64,000 bases of DNA, taken from positions 992,001 to 1,056,000 of the forward strand of contig NW_024704760.1 in assembly GCF_018977255.1 (NCBI RefSeq). Direction: 5' to 3'. The notes under the pieces were generated by a model that saw only the letters and a list, made by a program, of their open reading frames with translations, was not told the DNA's origin and did no database searches. The stretch comes from Callorhinchus milii (taxonomy: Eukaryota). Positions 51,601-63,794 of this stretch are shown here, one piece after another. The position numbers and the translations under genes were made by a program. Numbering within the stretch: the stretch's first letter is position 1; each line of letters opens with the position of its first letter.

Positions 51601-54600
51601 CAGTGTTTTTTTTAAAAAATCTTCGATACACTGTGATATATTGAATATATTAGGCCCTTGTCTTAGTACAGTCGTGTTTAGAATGGTTTGTACATAGGAG
51701 TGATTATTGTAGTTCTATTAATAGAAGTACTGCATTTTTTTTAAAAAAAGATTCTATTGATAGATTGCTATTATTTTGTTTGCTTTTTAACTGCAATTTG
51801 TTAAAATGTCCACTTGATGATTGGACAGAACACTGGGGCCAAATGTTGCACAGATTGTGGTGCTGAGGTGTCCGGGATGTCAATTGCTGACTGGAACCAG
51901 TCAGTGGTCTTTGCCAACACCTTATTCCTGCCATATTAATCGTACTTCATATCATAGGAATTTTTATCTGAACAACTATAAATCGTAGCTCTTGGTGATG
52001 GGAGGAGCAGTAAAGGATTACCAAATGGATTCATGATTTGGTGAAAAATATTAGTTCAACACACACTATAAACCTGTTGTGGTAGACTACTGAGAGGGGG
52101 AGATTGAACCTGTGCCATTTTCTGTAGGTTTTGTAGATACTGTTATCCCTTTTGTGCTGTACACACACAAGAGATCTTGAAAGAACTTCCGGCTAAACTT
52201 GCAGGGGCGGGGAGCGTGGGGGTGCGAAGGGAAGGGTCGGCGTACTCTGGAATGAAGCTCCCACCCCCACCCCCCCGACCATGCGCATAATTTTATTTTT
52301 TTAAAAGGTTTAGATCAGCTTTTGAAATCTTCAGTAAAATGGAATACTTTATAAATTTGGGGAGTGTGCATATCAGCTGAAAGCAATCATTCAATCGTTT
52401 GATAAGTATGATAACATCACAATGAAGCTATCTTCTTACATGACATATCCATTACTGTACAGAGAAAATGTTTTCCCCAGCAAAGGGTTGATTGAAAATA
52501 CATGTGATGAACACTAAGGTTACAGGATCGTTGGTAGTGCAAATACAATCTTCCAGTTGTGTTTGAAGAGAATTTTGATCTTTGTCCTAGCATCATTGAT
52601 CGCTTGTTTTTCTTAGAAGACTGGCTGTGATTGCAGCATCTGTTGTCCTTCTCGATGAAGCGTTGCTCTCTCCCTTCGGGAAGGGAGAGCGCATTAAGTA
52701 TGAAGAGGTGAAAGGTGCTATGTAAACGTAAGTTTGTATTGAATTGCAAGTTTCTAGCAGAGGTTTTCAGAACAACATTGTTGAATTAATTCATGGAAGC
52801 AAGTCGACAGCAGTTTATATATTGCATGTGAAAACTGATTAAGAGTAGGGAGAAAACATCTTCTAGCTGCTACCTGTAAAAACGTGCACGTGTATGTAAT
52901 GCCTGTGTTTTTTTTATATAAGATTGAAATAGGTGCCTCTGTTTGTGCACTTGCCTTATTGTAGGTGGTGTGTGATTGTTGTCCATAGGAGATCCTGGAC
53001 ATTTTTTTCCACTGTGCGAGACTACCGTCCGTCTTCTTTCTCACCATCACTACTCATCCAATCTGAGATCCTCCACAGACTAGGCAGGCATGTTGTCCAT
53101 CTTACAGCGTGAGTAAGCTGGACTGAGACGGAGCTAACAGCACACTAACCCATTATATCCCACCAGGTTAATTGTATGATTACTTCTGGAGAATTTATTA
53201 GGCAACGTTAAGCAAGATTTGTGAAGTGAAAATGTTTTACCTGCCAAAATCTCCCTATATGGAGCATTCCTATCAGAGGGAAGAAAGAGAGAGACTGCAC
53301 TTATTAAATAAATGACTTTTTTTTACTAGTTTATTTAAGAAAATAAGTCTTGGGCTCTGGTATGAACAATGAACATCTGTGACCCTCGCTCCCACCGTTT
53401 GAATATAAACAATTTTTCTGACGTTCTGTCAATAACTCAATTAGCCGCAAGTACCATATCCAGGTTTGGTTTAATTTGATAACATGGAACGTGTCTGTAA
53501 AGTTGAAGGTCTTTGCATATCTGAGTGAGGGAATTGGCTACAATTCTGCATCTTTCTTGAATTGACTGTTTGCTCTCTGAGGTTATTTCTGTACAATCAA
53601 ATTCAAGATCCTCATCCTCACCTACAAGGCCGTTCACGGCCTCGCTCCCTCCTACCTCCCCGACCTACTATCCCCCTACTTACCTGCCCGTACCCTCCGT
53701 TCCTCTGGCTCCGGTCTGCTCCACATCCCCCGCCCCAACCGCCCTACCATCAGTGGCCGGGCCTTCAGCCTCTCAGCCCCGAGGCTCTGAAACTCCATTC
53801 CCCGGTGCCTTCGCCGCTTCCTCCCTTTCCTCCTTCAAGGCCGGTCTCAAGACCTTTCTCTTTGACCGTACCTTCAGCTCCACTCTCGACTCTCTACCCT
53901 CTCCTCGCTCCCTCCCTTCCCTCCCCTCACCATTTCCCCCCAATACTCGGGTCCTGACCCAACTGTACAGCGCCTTGGGACGTCCTCCCGACGTGAAAGG
54001 CGCTCTATAAATGGAATCTTGTTGTTGTTGTTGTTCTGTCAAATCTTGAAAGGCATGATACTGGGACCGAGCACATTAGACTCCAGTCTGCTTTGGGGGG
54101 AAAATATTAATTGAGCCAATAATTGTCATCTGTCAGGGCAGAGACTAATCGAGGTGCAAATTAGAGGCACTTAAAATGAATTAAGTACTTTGTCGTTTTG
54201 GAATAATGCATTTTTTTAATCCTGTTTTTTTATTGTGTTACTAACTATGTATTCTCTAGTGGCTGCATGTTACAGTGTAATTGATTGACTGATTGGACCA
54301 ATTCATATTCCTGTAAAAGTCGACATGACAATATATTTTTAATAATTTATAATCTATAAAACTGTTTTAGTTTGGTAATATAGCGGAGTCAGTATTTTTT
54401 CACACCTAATGTACTGGATGACTAAAATCGCATGTAAATGAGTGATATTCTTTTTGTACTTTATCAATGAACTTCTTAAATGCAAAGCTGCTCTCCCTGA
54501 TAGGATTCAAGTTCTACTGCTGGGAACTTTGACTCATTCAAAATGCAACTTCAAGTGCCTTTTGGATCTGCATGCTGTAAATAATGTTGAAATGCATTTA

Positions 54601-54650
54601 TTGATATCTGATTACCATCAATCAATAAAAAAAATTCTTACCCTCTCGAC
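48693..54650 (+). other. Probable long 3'UTR of CTTNBP2NL
   Basis: AT-rich and repeat-poor after the stop codon; AATAAA at 54624-54629 followed by a T/GT-rich downstream element. An earlier AATAAA lies near 50078. Confidence 0.5.
53595..54035 (+). mobile_element. L2 LINE 3' fragment
   Basis: ATCAAATTCAAGATCCTCATCCTCACCTACAAGGCC...TTCAAGGCCGGTCTCAAGACC...(TTG)n tail. Confidence 0.9.
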
Positions 54651-56279
54651 TTGTTTCCATCTTTGTTTTTCAATATCAGTTTCTCTTTTCGCAGCAAAGT
54701 TGGAATAAAAAGCACAGACTCCCAGTTGTGTCGACTCCGTTTATGGAATGGAAAGAGAATGCCCAGTAGGGATTGCGTTACTCTTTGGTGCTTTACTTTG
54801 CAGGATTGGATGGAGGACATATCTGCTGCACCTTGAGACGTACAGGCTGGTCAGCCATCAGTGATTGTCGAGAAACTTCCTTGTTTTTCTCCGCAGTGTC
54901 TGAGCCATTTTGACCCAGGGAGAATACCTGAATACCCCTTCCAATTCTGTTTCCCTTCCATCTCTTTGTCCAGGTCCATTTTTGGTCAGGAGGGTCATTA
55001 AATTCCACCCGCATAGGAATTTTAAATGACATCCATTCACAGTAATTGTCTTCCAGCTTTTCACTTTAGAAAATGAGCTCTTCAAGATAACCTTTGGTCT
55101 TTGAAACTGGAATCAGTGCATGGTGTTTCCCTTGTAAATGCAGCTTTTGAACATTTCCATACTGATTCTAGCCGATTGTGAAGCTTGAGCTTGTTATCTC
55201 CCGACTCGGAGGCAAGATTGCAACCAACTGCACCATATGAGGAGCTCCCTTGCGTAAGTGGGACATTTTGTACAGTTTAGTGGTGAACCTAACATATCTC
55301 TTCACAGAGAGTACTCAGTAACACAATGTACAAATCAACCATCCCTCTGGACTGATTTATAACCTAATGTAGAAACTCTCCCCCAAAAAATTTCTAAATT
55401 GGGGTTGTGGATTAATCCTCTGGTCCGGTTGGTTCACGGGTGGGTTATTTAGGGATTGGGGAAAAGAGTGGTTTCATTGTTGAGTCTGCTGTGAGTTGAG
55501 AACTGCGTAGTCCTGAGTTATTTTCCTCTCAGCGTATTCTTTCCCAAGTTCGTTTGTTCAGGTACAGTGTTATTTACAGAATGTTTGATTTATGACATCT
55601 CCCATTCATAACAATGGGAAGTGTGTTAGCAATGTGTTCAGCGCAGGCAGTAAGATTTGATCATTACGTTCACTTTGAAGTATGATACATGTTATGCCAA
55701 CATTGTTTGATTTACTTTTCCATTCTTCATGCTTTGGCCCCGGTTCCTTGCCTTGCTTATTGCGCAGATTTTAAGAAATCTGTCTTAAAATTTTGTGTAA
55801 AATCCCTTGGGGTTTATTTAATTCAGCAATGTGCACAATTATTTAATTCAGCAATATTTGTCTCTAAAATACAGTATTTCTACCCTAGACATCACTGTGC
55901 CTTTGTGCCTGACATTGCCTTTTTTAAGTCGTTTTGAAATTGTGTTCTTAAAAGCAGAAAATAGGAACATTAGAACAGGAGGAGGCCATTCAGGCCCTCT
56001 AGCCTGTTCTGCCATTCTATTAGATCATGGCTGAACCCACAAAATGTCCAACTTTGCACCCCCTCACGTGGAATTGCCGTCCCCTAATTATATTTCCCAA
56101 CCAGTCACCAAGTGATCGATCACAATCGCAATCTAGTATGTAGGAGACTGCATTTGATCACCTTTATTTAATTCAGCAATATTTGTCTCTAAACTAGTTC
56201 TGGGTTGCTCTGTGGGATCGATCAGCCATTGGGTGAATAGGTGTCCATCAAGAGGAAATCAGCTTTGACACAGTTCATG

Positions 56280-56304
56280 ATGGGCAACATTTTCTACGGA
56301 CTCG
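56280..56304 (+). CDS. Orphan gene, putative coding exon 1 (MGNIFYGL-)
   Basis: ATGATGG: the second ATG has a strong Kozak context (A at -3, G at +4). Donor G|GTAAGA at 56305 is phase 1, matching the downstream acceptor. Confidence 0.55.
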
Positions 56305-56402
56305 GTAAGAGATTTAAGGGATGTTTATTTGGAAATATAGGATGTTTGCGTGAAAGATTGCGATAAGATTACAAAAACAAATGTTTGTGCCTCTCTTTGC
56401 AG

Positions 56403-57058
56403 TCGGTCCAAACTACAAATGCTGTAGAGATAAAGCCAATATGATTGAGCCTCGCCTTAAAGGACAATCAACCGTCCGTATCTGTTCACAAGGGATAGGG
56501 TTCAATCCGAAGTGCAAAGTCCCTCTGAGCTCGGCAGGCCAGACCAGCACTGGAAGGCCAAGTGCAACTTCCAATACAAGCCAAGGGACAGGGTCAACAG
56601 GCACTGGGAGCCTTTCACTGACCACTGTCCAAAGCCCTGGTAATGCCCTTGTGCCACCTGCTAAAAAGCCACGCTTGAGCACCACCAACACCTCTGTGAC
56701 AACCACCACCAAGAGAGTTTGGGTGACCAGCGCTAAGAGTCCCAGAGTGACCACTGTCGGGACCTCCCTGACCACCACTGTTCAAAACACGTCGACGACC
56801 ACTATTAACAGCCCCAACGTGGCCTCCACTGGAACTCCTCAAGCCACTATCATCGGGAACTCTAATAGAATAGTCATCGGAAACCCTGTTAAAATTGGTA
56901 CGACAAATCCAAATAGGAGTGTGGTCCGAAACCCTGACACTGCCTCCGTTAAAAGTGCCAACATAATCAATATCACATACCCTTTCCAGTCTTCTAGTGG
57001 AAACCATAAGGCCACAACGGGGAGGTCCAAAACAGTGGCCAAAAGGCGGTTGATATAA
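56403..57058 (+). CDS. Orphan gene, terminal exon: Cys cluster plus Thr/Ser-rich low-complexity protein with NLS-like PPAKKPRL (spliced 226 aa)
   Basis: Strong acceptor tgtgcctctctttgcag (ends 56402), 656 nt open frame in non-repetitive, GC-richer sequence, TAA ending at 57058, AATAAA at 57143-57148. Confidence 0.65.
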
Positions 57059-58859
57059 ACTGAGCCAAATGGCTGACTTCTCTGCTGAAAATACGTGTTC
57101 TGTACTTTAATTTTATGTGTGTTGTTTCTTGTGTAACTCAAGAATAAAATGGAGTTCTCATTGTCTGGAATCCCTGGTCTACAGTTTACAGAGTTAGATA
57201 TATAGTGTGGGTGAGCGGTTGAGGCTTACAGTTGACCTCAGACCCCTGGTAAATTGAGCACAATCATGTAAGGATTATTATTATTATTATACCAGTGCAG
57301 TGAATGGCATTTTAGATTGATTCTCCAATTGATTAATAGAGGACAGGCATTACTATTACTGAGCAGCACAGTCATGAAAGTCGATCTCAGTCCAGACATT
57401 TGCCAAGACCTTGCTCGACTGTCCAGGGGAAGGCAGCTCAGCAGCGAGCATGTGGCCTCAGATGACAGGATGTGCCGTGCTGTTACAGCAGTAAATGGCT
57501 CCTCCTACACCTCGCTTCCTTTATAAATTGCTTTCAGTCTTTAATTTGCCCAGTTATTCTATGTGTAAATCTCCCTCGATTAGATTCAAACCTGAAACTC
57601 ACTGCTGTGATCAGTTATTCTCTCTCTCTATATATATATATATGTGTATAACCCCCATTCCCCACACCTCTACTGTATGCCCCCACCCCTCCCCATTTAA
57701 TAATAATAATCCTAGCTTTGGATGTAACGTCGGTGAGGTGTCTCAAAGTGCTTCACAGAATGTATTGTAAAGTGGAGTGACTAGGTGAAACGCGGCAGCC
57801 AGTGTAAGGACCAGAACAGACGGCTGGTCCCGTCTCCTGCTCTCACGACCACCGGAAAAGGTTAGATGTGAACGCAATGAAGGGGTTTAGCGGGAGGGAA
57901 GAAATCGATGGGCTGAATAACCGGTCCTCGTGAGGCATCGGAGAGAAGCTTAAACGTTCTGCTCGTCAGCAAAGTCCGCAATCCAGTGCACCCGCACCGC
58001 GGATACGCGCAGATCTAAGGTGTTGAAATCGTTTTTTAAAAAAAAACCTTATTTGTATAGGGCCCAATCACGTAAAAGAAAAAATAACGACAACAAATTA
58101 CATTTGTATCGCGCTTTACACGTCGGGAGGACGTCTCGTATCGCTTTTCTCAAATGAGAGCGACTGGAAATGGAGTGAATGTTAGAGAGGCAAAAACGAT
58201 AGCGATATCCGAAGAGCCACAATGAGCCGAGCGGCCGGTGAGTGAGAACTTTCAGGATGAATTTGAATGAGGAAGGGAAACACAAACCAAGATCACTAAA
58301 GTGGGGGACTTCCACTTTGTATTAGCAGAAAAGCCCCCTTCACGGCCACCTAAGTCTTTCAACGGTGAGACCTTGATTAATGACTCACTGAAAAAAAAGA
58401 GATGCTAATCTGGAAATAAAATAATTCCCTTGTATTTAACAAAGCCTGTTATGTAGACAAACTCTGGGTTGTAAGGAGCAAACGCACAAGACTGGTTGTG
58501 ACTGACTGGGAGCCAGAGATATTTCAAGGACCAAGTTGGACAGTACCACGATGGGACAAGCTTAGAGGAAAGAGAGAGAGACAAGCAGGGAGGTGCCAAT
58601 GAAAACAAAACCGGGGGGGAAAGTTCAACAAAAACATGTACTGATATCTCATGTTAAACATCGTCCCACAGCCATTGTGTAAACAGAATGCACAGTGAGA
58701 AGCGCAGACTGGCCAGTTCGCTCCAGTCAGGACCAAAATCTTCTCGTAAAATCGTAGAAGCAAAGAAATGACAGCCCAGAAGGAAGCCATCAATAACCAC
58801 TGCCATGACGCAGCGCCTTGCACATAAAAGAAGCTTCTCGAAGCTACCCTACGCCATTC

Positions 58860-59122
58860 AGGAGTGGAATCAGGAGTCTATTTTTCATGCAAAGGGTTGT
58901 GGTAATCTGGACCTCTCTTCCCCACCCTCCCTCAAAAGGCTGTGGATTATGTCTGGATCTATTAAAATTTTCAAGACTGAGGTGGATAGATGTTTGTCAG
59001 GTTAGGGTATTAAGTGATATGGGGCAAAAGTGGGTAAATGGAGTTGAGGTACCGATCAGCCATGATCTAGTAGAATGGCGGAACAGGATCGAGGGGTTTC
59101 ATGGCCTCCTCCTGTTCCTATG
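58860..59122 (+). mobile_element. CR1 LINE 3' end
   Basis: AGGGTTGTGG...TTTTCAAGACTGAGGTGGATAGA...GATCAGCCATGATCT...GAATGGCGGAACAGG...GGCCTCCTCCTGTTCCTATG. Shorter matching pieces at ~19470-19560 (+), ~36808-36860 (-), ~46510-46635 (-) and ~55962-56035 (-). Confidence 0.85.
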
Positions 59123-62100
59123 AAGTACTTTATTTTCACAGAACGAGATTAATTGGAGAATAAGAAGGTAATATGACACATAGCCGAAAGTGGCTGCTGG
59201 TTTACGCTCACAAAGTCCCACAAATAATGAGATGAGGAGCCAATTCATTAGAATCTTAGGGGCGCATTTGGATGAAAAAGGAATAATAATAACCCTGGCA
59301 TTTGATACAGCGCCTTATCACATCTTCGAGACGTCTCAAAGCGCTTCGCAGAATATACCGTAAAGCGTTCGCGAAGTATGTTTCAGATACGTTCTGATTT
59401 TACAATTATAAACTCAGCAGTCTCCAGGGAATTGATGAAATCCCCCCCCCCCTTTATATCCCTGTGTTCCTAGATAGTGAGTCACCCATCAACAAAGAAA
59501 GAGTTGGCTTGAACGTGGTCTCATTTACGTGCGGCCGGTCCCACCACTCCCAGGATCTGTGCTCAGTTCCTTGCGTCCTTTTCTAGTCATTCGGGCCTCC
59601 GACTAACTAATGATACAGCTCTGTCACTGTTAGGCTGTGATTGCAAAATTCCCCTATTGTGTGTGTTTTAAAGGCTTTCTGTGTTTCATAGAGAGTGTCT
59701 GTCGTCTCACTCGGACAGTAAATCGTAATGATGAGATAACTGATACTCAGCCATCTATCCTGTGACTCACCCTTCCAGGATTCTGCACATTTACACCCCC
59801 CTCCCCACCGCCCCCTCAACCTCCGCCCCCCCCAACCTCCGCACACAGCCTGAAATACAATAAAACACACGTCTGGTACGAGACATTTACATCTCAGCTC
59901 CTTGTAGTTGGGTCGAGAAAGGGTAGGATTTTTCATAATATAACATAATAATACTTGCTTTTGATATAGCTCCTTATAATGTCGTCGAGACGTCCCCAAG
60001 TGCTTCACGGGATATACATGTAAAGTGGATTGACTGTGCATGCAAAGTCCCACAAACAGCCATGCAGTGAGTGGTCAATTTTTTTAATATCTATTTGGGG
60101 AACCTTTGGCCAGGACACCGGGAGAGGAAAAACTCGCTTCTCTTTTTAAATAGTCTCGGAGCGTTTCACAGTGCTGAGCGCGGCGAAGGGTGAGTGACCA
60201 GCCTTTAAGGTAGGTTTTATTAATAGTAATAATAATAATCCTGGCGTTTGATACAGCGCCTTATCACGGCGCTGAGACGTCTCAAAGAGCTTCACAGGAT
60301 ACGCTGTAAAGTGAATTGACTGTATTTTATATATACACTTTTTTTCTATGTACAGTACATTATATATATGTAATAGATGTATATACGGTGGTTCATTATT
60401 GGAGCAACTTTAAGTCCAGAGAGAGAAAAATATAATAATAATCCTGGCATTTGATACAGCGCCTGATCACGTTTTCGAGACGTCTCAAAACGCTTCAGAG
60501 GATACACTGTAAAGGGAATTGACTGTATTTTGTGGGCGGAACGTCGGTACATATATATATATATATTATTATTAGGTATTGCATATTTTAGATAAATATA
60601 TATAAGTATATACATATTATACTATAGTACATATACATATATATATATATATGTACACATGCTTCATTATTATCAGAGAGATGGAGAGGTATTCTCTGGA
60701 GGGCACCTCAGACAGTCTACAGCTCTGTGTGTGTGTGTGTGTGTGTGTGACAGCTCTTAGTTCCTGGAGACTGACAGAGAAAGAAAGAGAAAGGGAGAGC
60801 GAAGAATTATTCCGGGACACGGAACAAGTAGGATTTCCCAGGTCCAGGAACCCCAGGACATCGTGTTATTTGGGGAGAGGATAGGGGTGTGTGTGGGGTG
60901 GGGTGGGGGGGAGGGGGGGGAGGGGGCTGAACCCTCTTCCCCCTTTAAGGGGCGTAAAAAGAGCAAGTGGGGGGTTGGGGGGTGGCATTTGCTTTGTGGG
61001 TTTGTTTTGAAACCTTTTTGTTAACTGATCACACCCGGGGTTTGGTGGAAGGTTGGGTCAGAGAGATTTCCTGCGCCAAACCCAATCCTTTTCCTTCCAC
61101 TCCCTCCCTCCCTCCTCCTCCCTCCCTCTCCCTCCCTCCCTCTCCCTCTCCCTCTCTCTGGGATCTGATTCCCACACCTACAAGACGACAGGAGAATAAC
61201 GACAGAGGCGGACTGTGTGTGTGTGTGACATTCACACCAGGGGAGAAAAAAGGAGAGAGAAGAGAAGGGACAGAGAGAGAGAGAGAGAGAGCAAAGCATT
61301 GGCCAAAAAAAAGACTTTGAAAATAACAAACAGCTCTGACATACAATGCAGAGAGGAAATGCTGTCACACACACACACACTCTCTCTCTCTCTCTCTGTA
61401 CAATTTCCTAGATCTGTTTTAACCATTGCCACAGCCTTGTTGTGAACAATTTAATCCCTTTTCCTCCCCCCCTCTCCCCCCCTCTCTCTCTACATACAGT
61501 ATAAATAGTATGAACATTGTGGATTCTGAAATCGAGAGGACTCAGTGGTTGGGGTGAGTTTTACTTGGTATATTTTTATGTTTTCCTTGTGTGTGTGTGT
61601 GTGTGTGTGTGTTTTCTTGCAAACCCTTAATATTCTGGGTTTGGGTTTGGGTTTGGGTTTGTCCCTGGGGGGGGATCTGACTGATTGCTTCTGCTGCTTA
61701 AACCAAACAACTGGTTATATAATCAGGGGAGGACTTGCAAGGGAGAGACAGAGAGAAAGCAGACAGACAGACAGACAGACCGACAGAGAGAGATTTCCGG
61801 GTCTGCTTGTCAGACCATCAACTTACAGGGCAATGTTTTTGCTAAATGATTATTTGGCGGAAAAACGTAACACAAAACAACCCGTTTGTTGGTTTCGTGT
61901 CCAGTTTGGCAGTGAACCCAGAATTCCCAGTGTTACTGTGTGTGCGGACAACTAACAGAGATTCATGGATGGGGGGGAAGTGTGTTTTTGTTGTACTAAA
62001 TAAACAGGGAAGTGTTTGTGATTTATTTTATAGATACTTAGCGATATAATAATAATAATAATAATAATCGTTGCATTTGTCACAGCGCCTTATCACGTCT

Positions 62101-63794
62101 TCGAGACGTCTCAAAGCTCTTCAGAGAATATACTGTAAAGTGAATCGACTGTATATTTTGTGGGTGAAACACAGCACCTCCCTTTCTATCTCCGTCTGTC
62201 ACCAGGCCTTGTTCGTGCCTGTAGGAAACTACAGAGAAAAACACAAAACAACTGCTTTTCTTTTAGTTTCCTGTAACCATCGCAGCCTTTAACTTTTTTT
62301 TAAAATACAAGTATATAATTTTTTTATTTAAAAAAGGAGAGGGCAGGAGCTTGTGTTTTTTGCCTCTGGAAAATGAATTGATTACGATTAAAGTTTCCTG
62401 TTATTGGGGGCGAAACTGAACAGAAAGGGGGGCAGAGGGGTAAGTATTTACATTATTGGGGGATTATGATTGTGGTGGGGGTGGGGAGGACCTTGGGTAG
62501 TCCTCCCAACGTAAAAAGCGCTATCCAAATGTAATTTGTTTTGTTGTGAAGACTTCTGCTGTCTCTACTGTTGAATCAGGGGACAAACACCCTTAATAAC
62601 CCATTATATAGGGAATAACAGAGCCTGGGTGGAACCAATAACAGCAGATTGATTGATTATCGCCCAGGGGATCTGCACTCTATCTTGACTGACACAGCAA
62701 TCTTTCTCAAGGGTTTATTTCCAATCGTAAAATCTAAAGGTGATTGCTGGTGTGTGTGTGTGTATGTATATGTGTGTGATGTNNNNNNNNNNNNNNNNNN
62801 NNNNNNNNNNNNNNNNNNNNNNNNNNNNNNNNNNNNNNNNNNNNNNNNNNNNNNNNNNNNNNNNNNNNNNNNNNNNNNNNNNNNNNNNNNNNNNNNNNNN
62901 NNNNNNNNNNNNNNNNNNNNNNNNNNNNNNNNNNNNNNNNNNNNNNNNNNNNNNNNNNNNNNNNNNNNNNNNNNNNNNNNNNNNNNNNTGTAAAACAAAA
63001 TAGGGTTATTTTATTCCCGTTAGCGAGGAAACACAATCGGAAAGCTCTCACTCTCTCCCATCCTCCACTGCAGATTAAACGTGAAACCCCATCAATGGAG
63101 ACTGAAGTGACATAGATTGATTATTTTAGTTTTTTTAAATCGTGTAAAAAATACATAAACAGAACGGAGGAAAGAAACCTCTCAGTCCTTTCGCTGTCAA
63201 TGATTTTGCTGGATGGTGAGGGAAGATAATTATCACATCATACGCCTGATCTCAACCCCTTGCCCACCCCCGCCTGCATTTCAATGAGTCAGAGAACAAT
63301 AAGGGAAAGTAGGATTAATATTAATCCACTGAGATTTTTAGGGATGGGGGATGTGGAGAGCTGTGTTGTCAGAGACTTTGGCTGAGACTTTAAGATACGG
63401 TTTCTTTCTGTCTGTGGGTGGACAGACAAGATCCTGGGGCGCTATTGGAAAGGAGAAGAGAGTTACTCCAACAATAAACTCTCTCCCAGTACTGGACTGT
63501 ACTGGGGCATCATTCTACGTCAAGGAGCTCAAAGCCCCCCCGCCGCCATAAGTGTAGAGAGCTCCAGTGGGGGAGCGAGCCCCAGCACAGACACCATGGG
63601 GAGAGAAAGAGAGAGCAGGGAATGGGGTTGGAGTAGAGAGCTCCAGTGGGGGAGTGAGCCCCATGGGCCAAATGGCCTTCTGTGCATAATAACCATTCTT
63701 TGATTCCAAAATGGAACAGCACTCTCATAAAACTGTCAGGGAATGGAGTGGAAACGCAGCAACTTCAATGATTACCGGCAGATGTGGAGACCTC

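Noticed and set aside
52650-52705. U3 snoRNA 3'-domain-like hairpin after GATGA
   Set aside because: No box D (CTGA) and no U3 5' domain or other boxes.
56381-56402. ATG at 56381 as the start of the orphan ORF
   Set aside because: Weak Kozak context, and the sequence is a canonical acceptor tract. A phase-matched upstream exon explains it better, though this start is not formally excluded.
56403-56520. TAFA/FAM19A or CC-chemokine similarity (CC...IE.R...Q.TV..C)
   Set aside because: No signal peptide and only four Cys with the wrong spacing; the resemblance is superficial.
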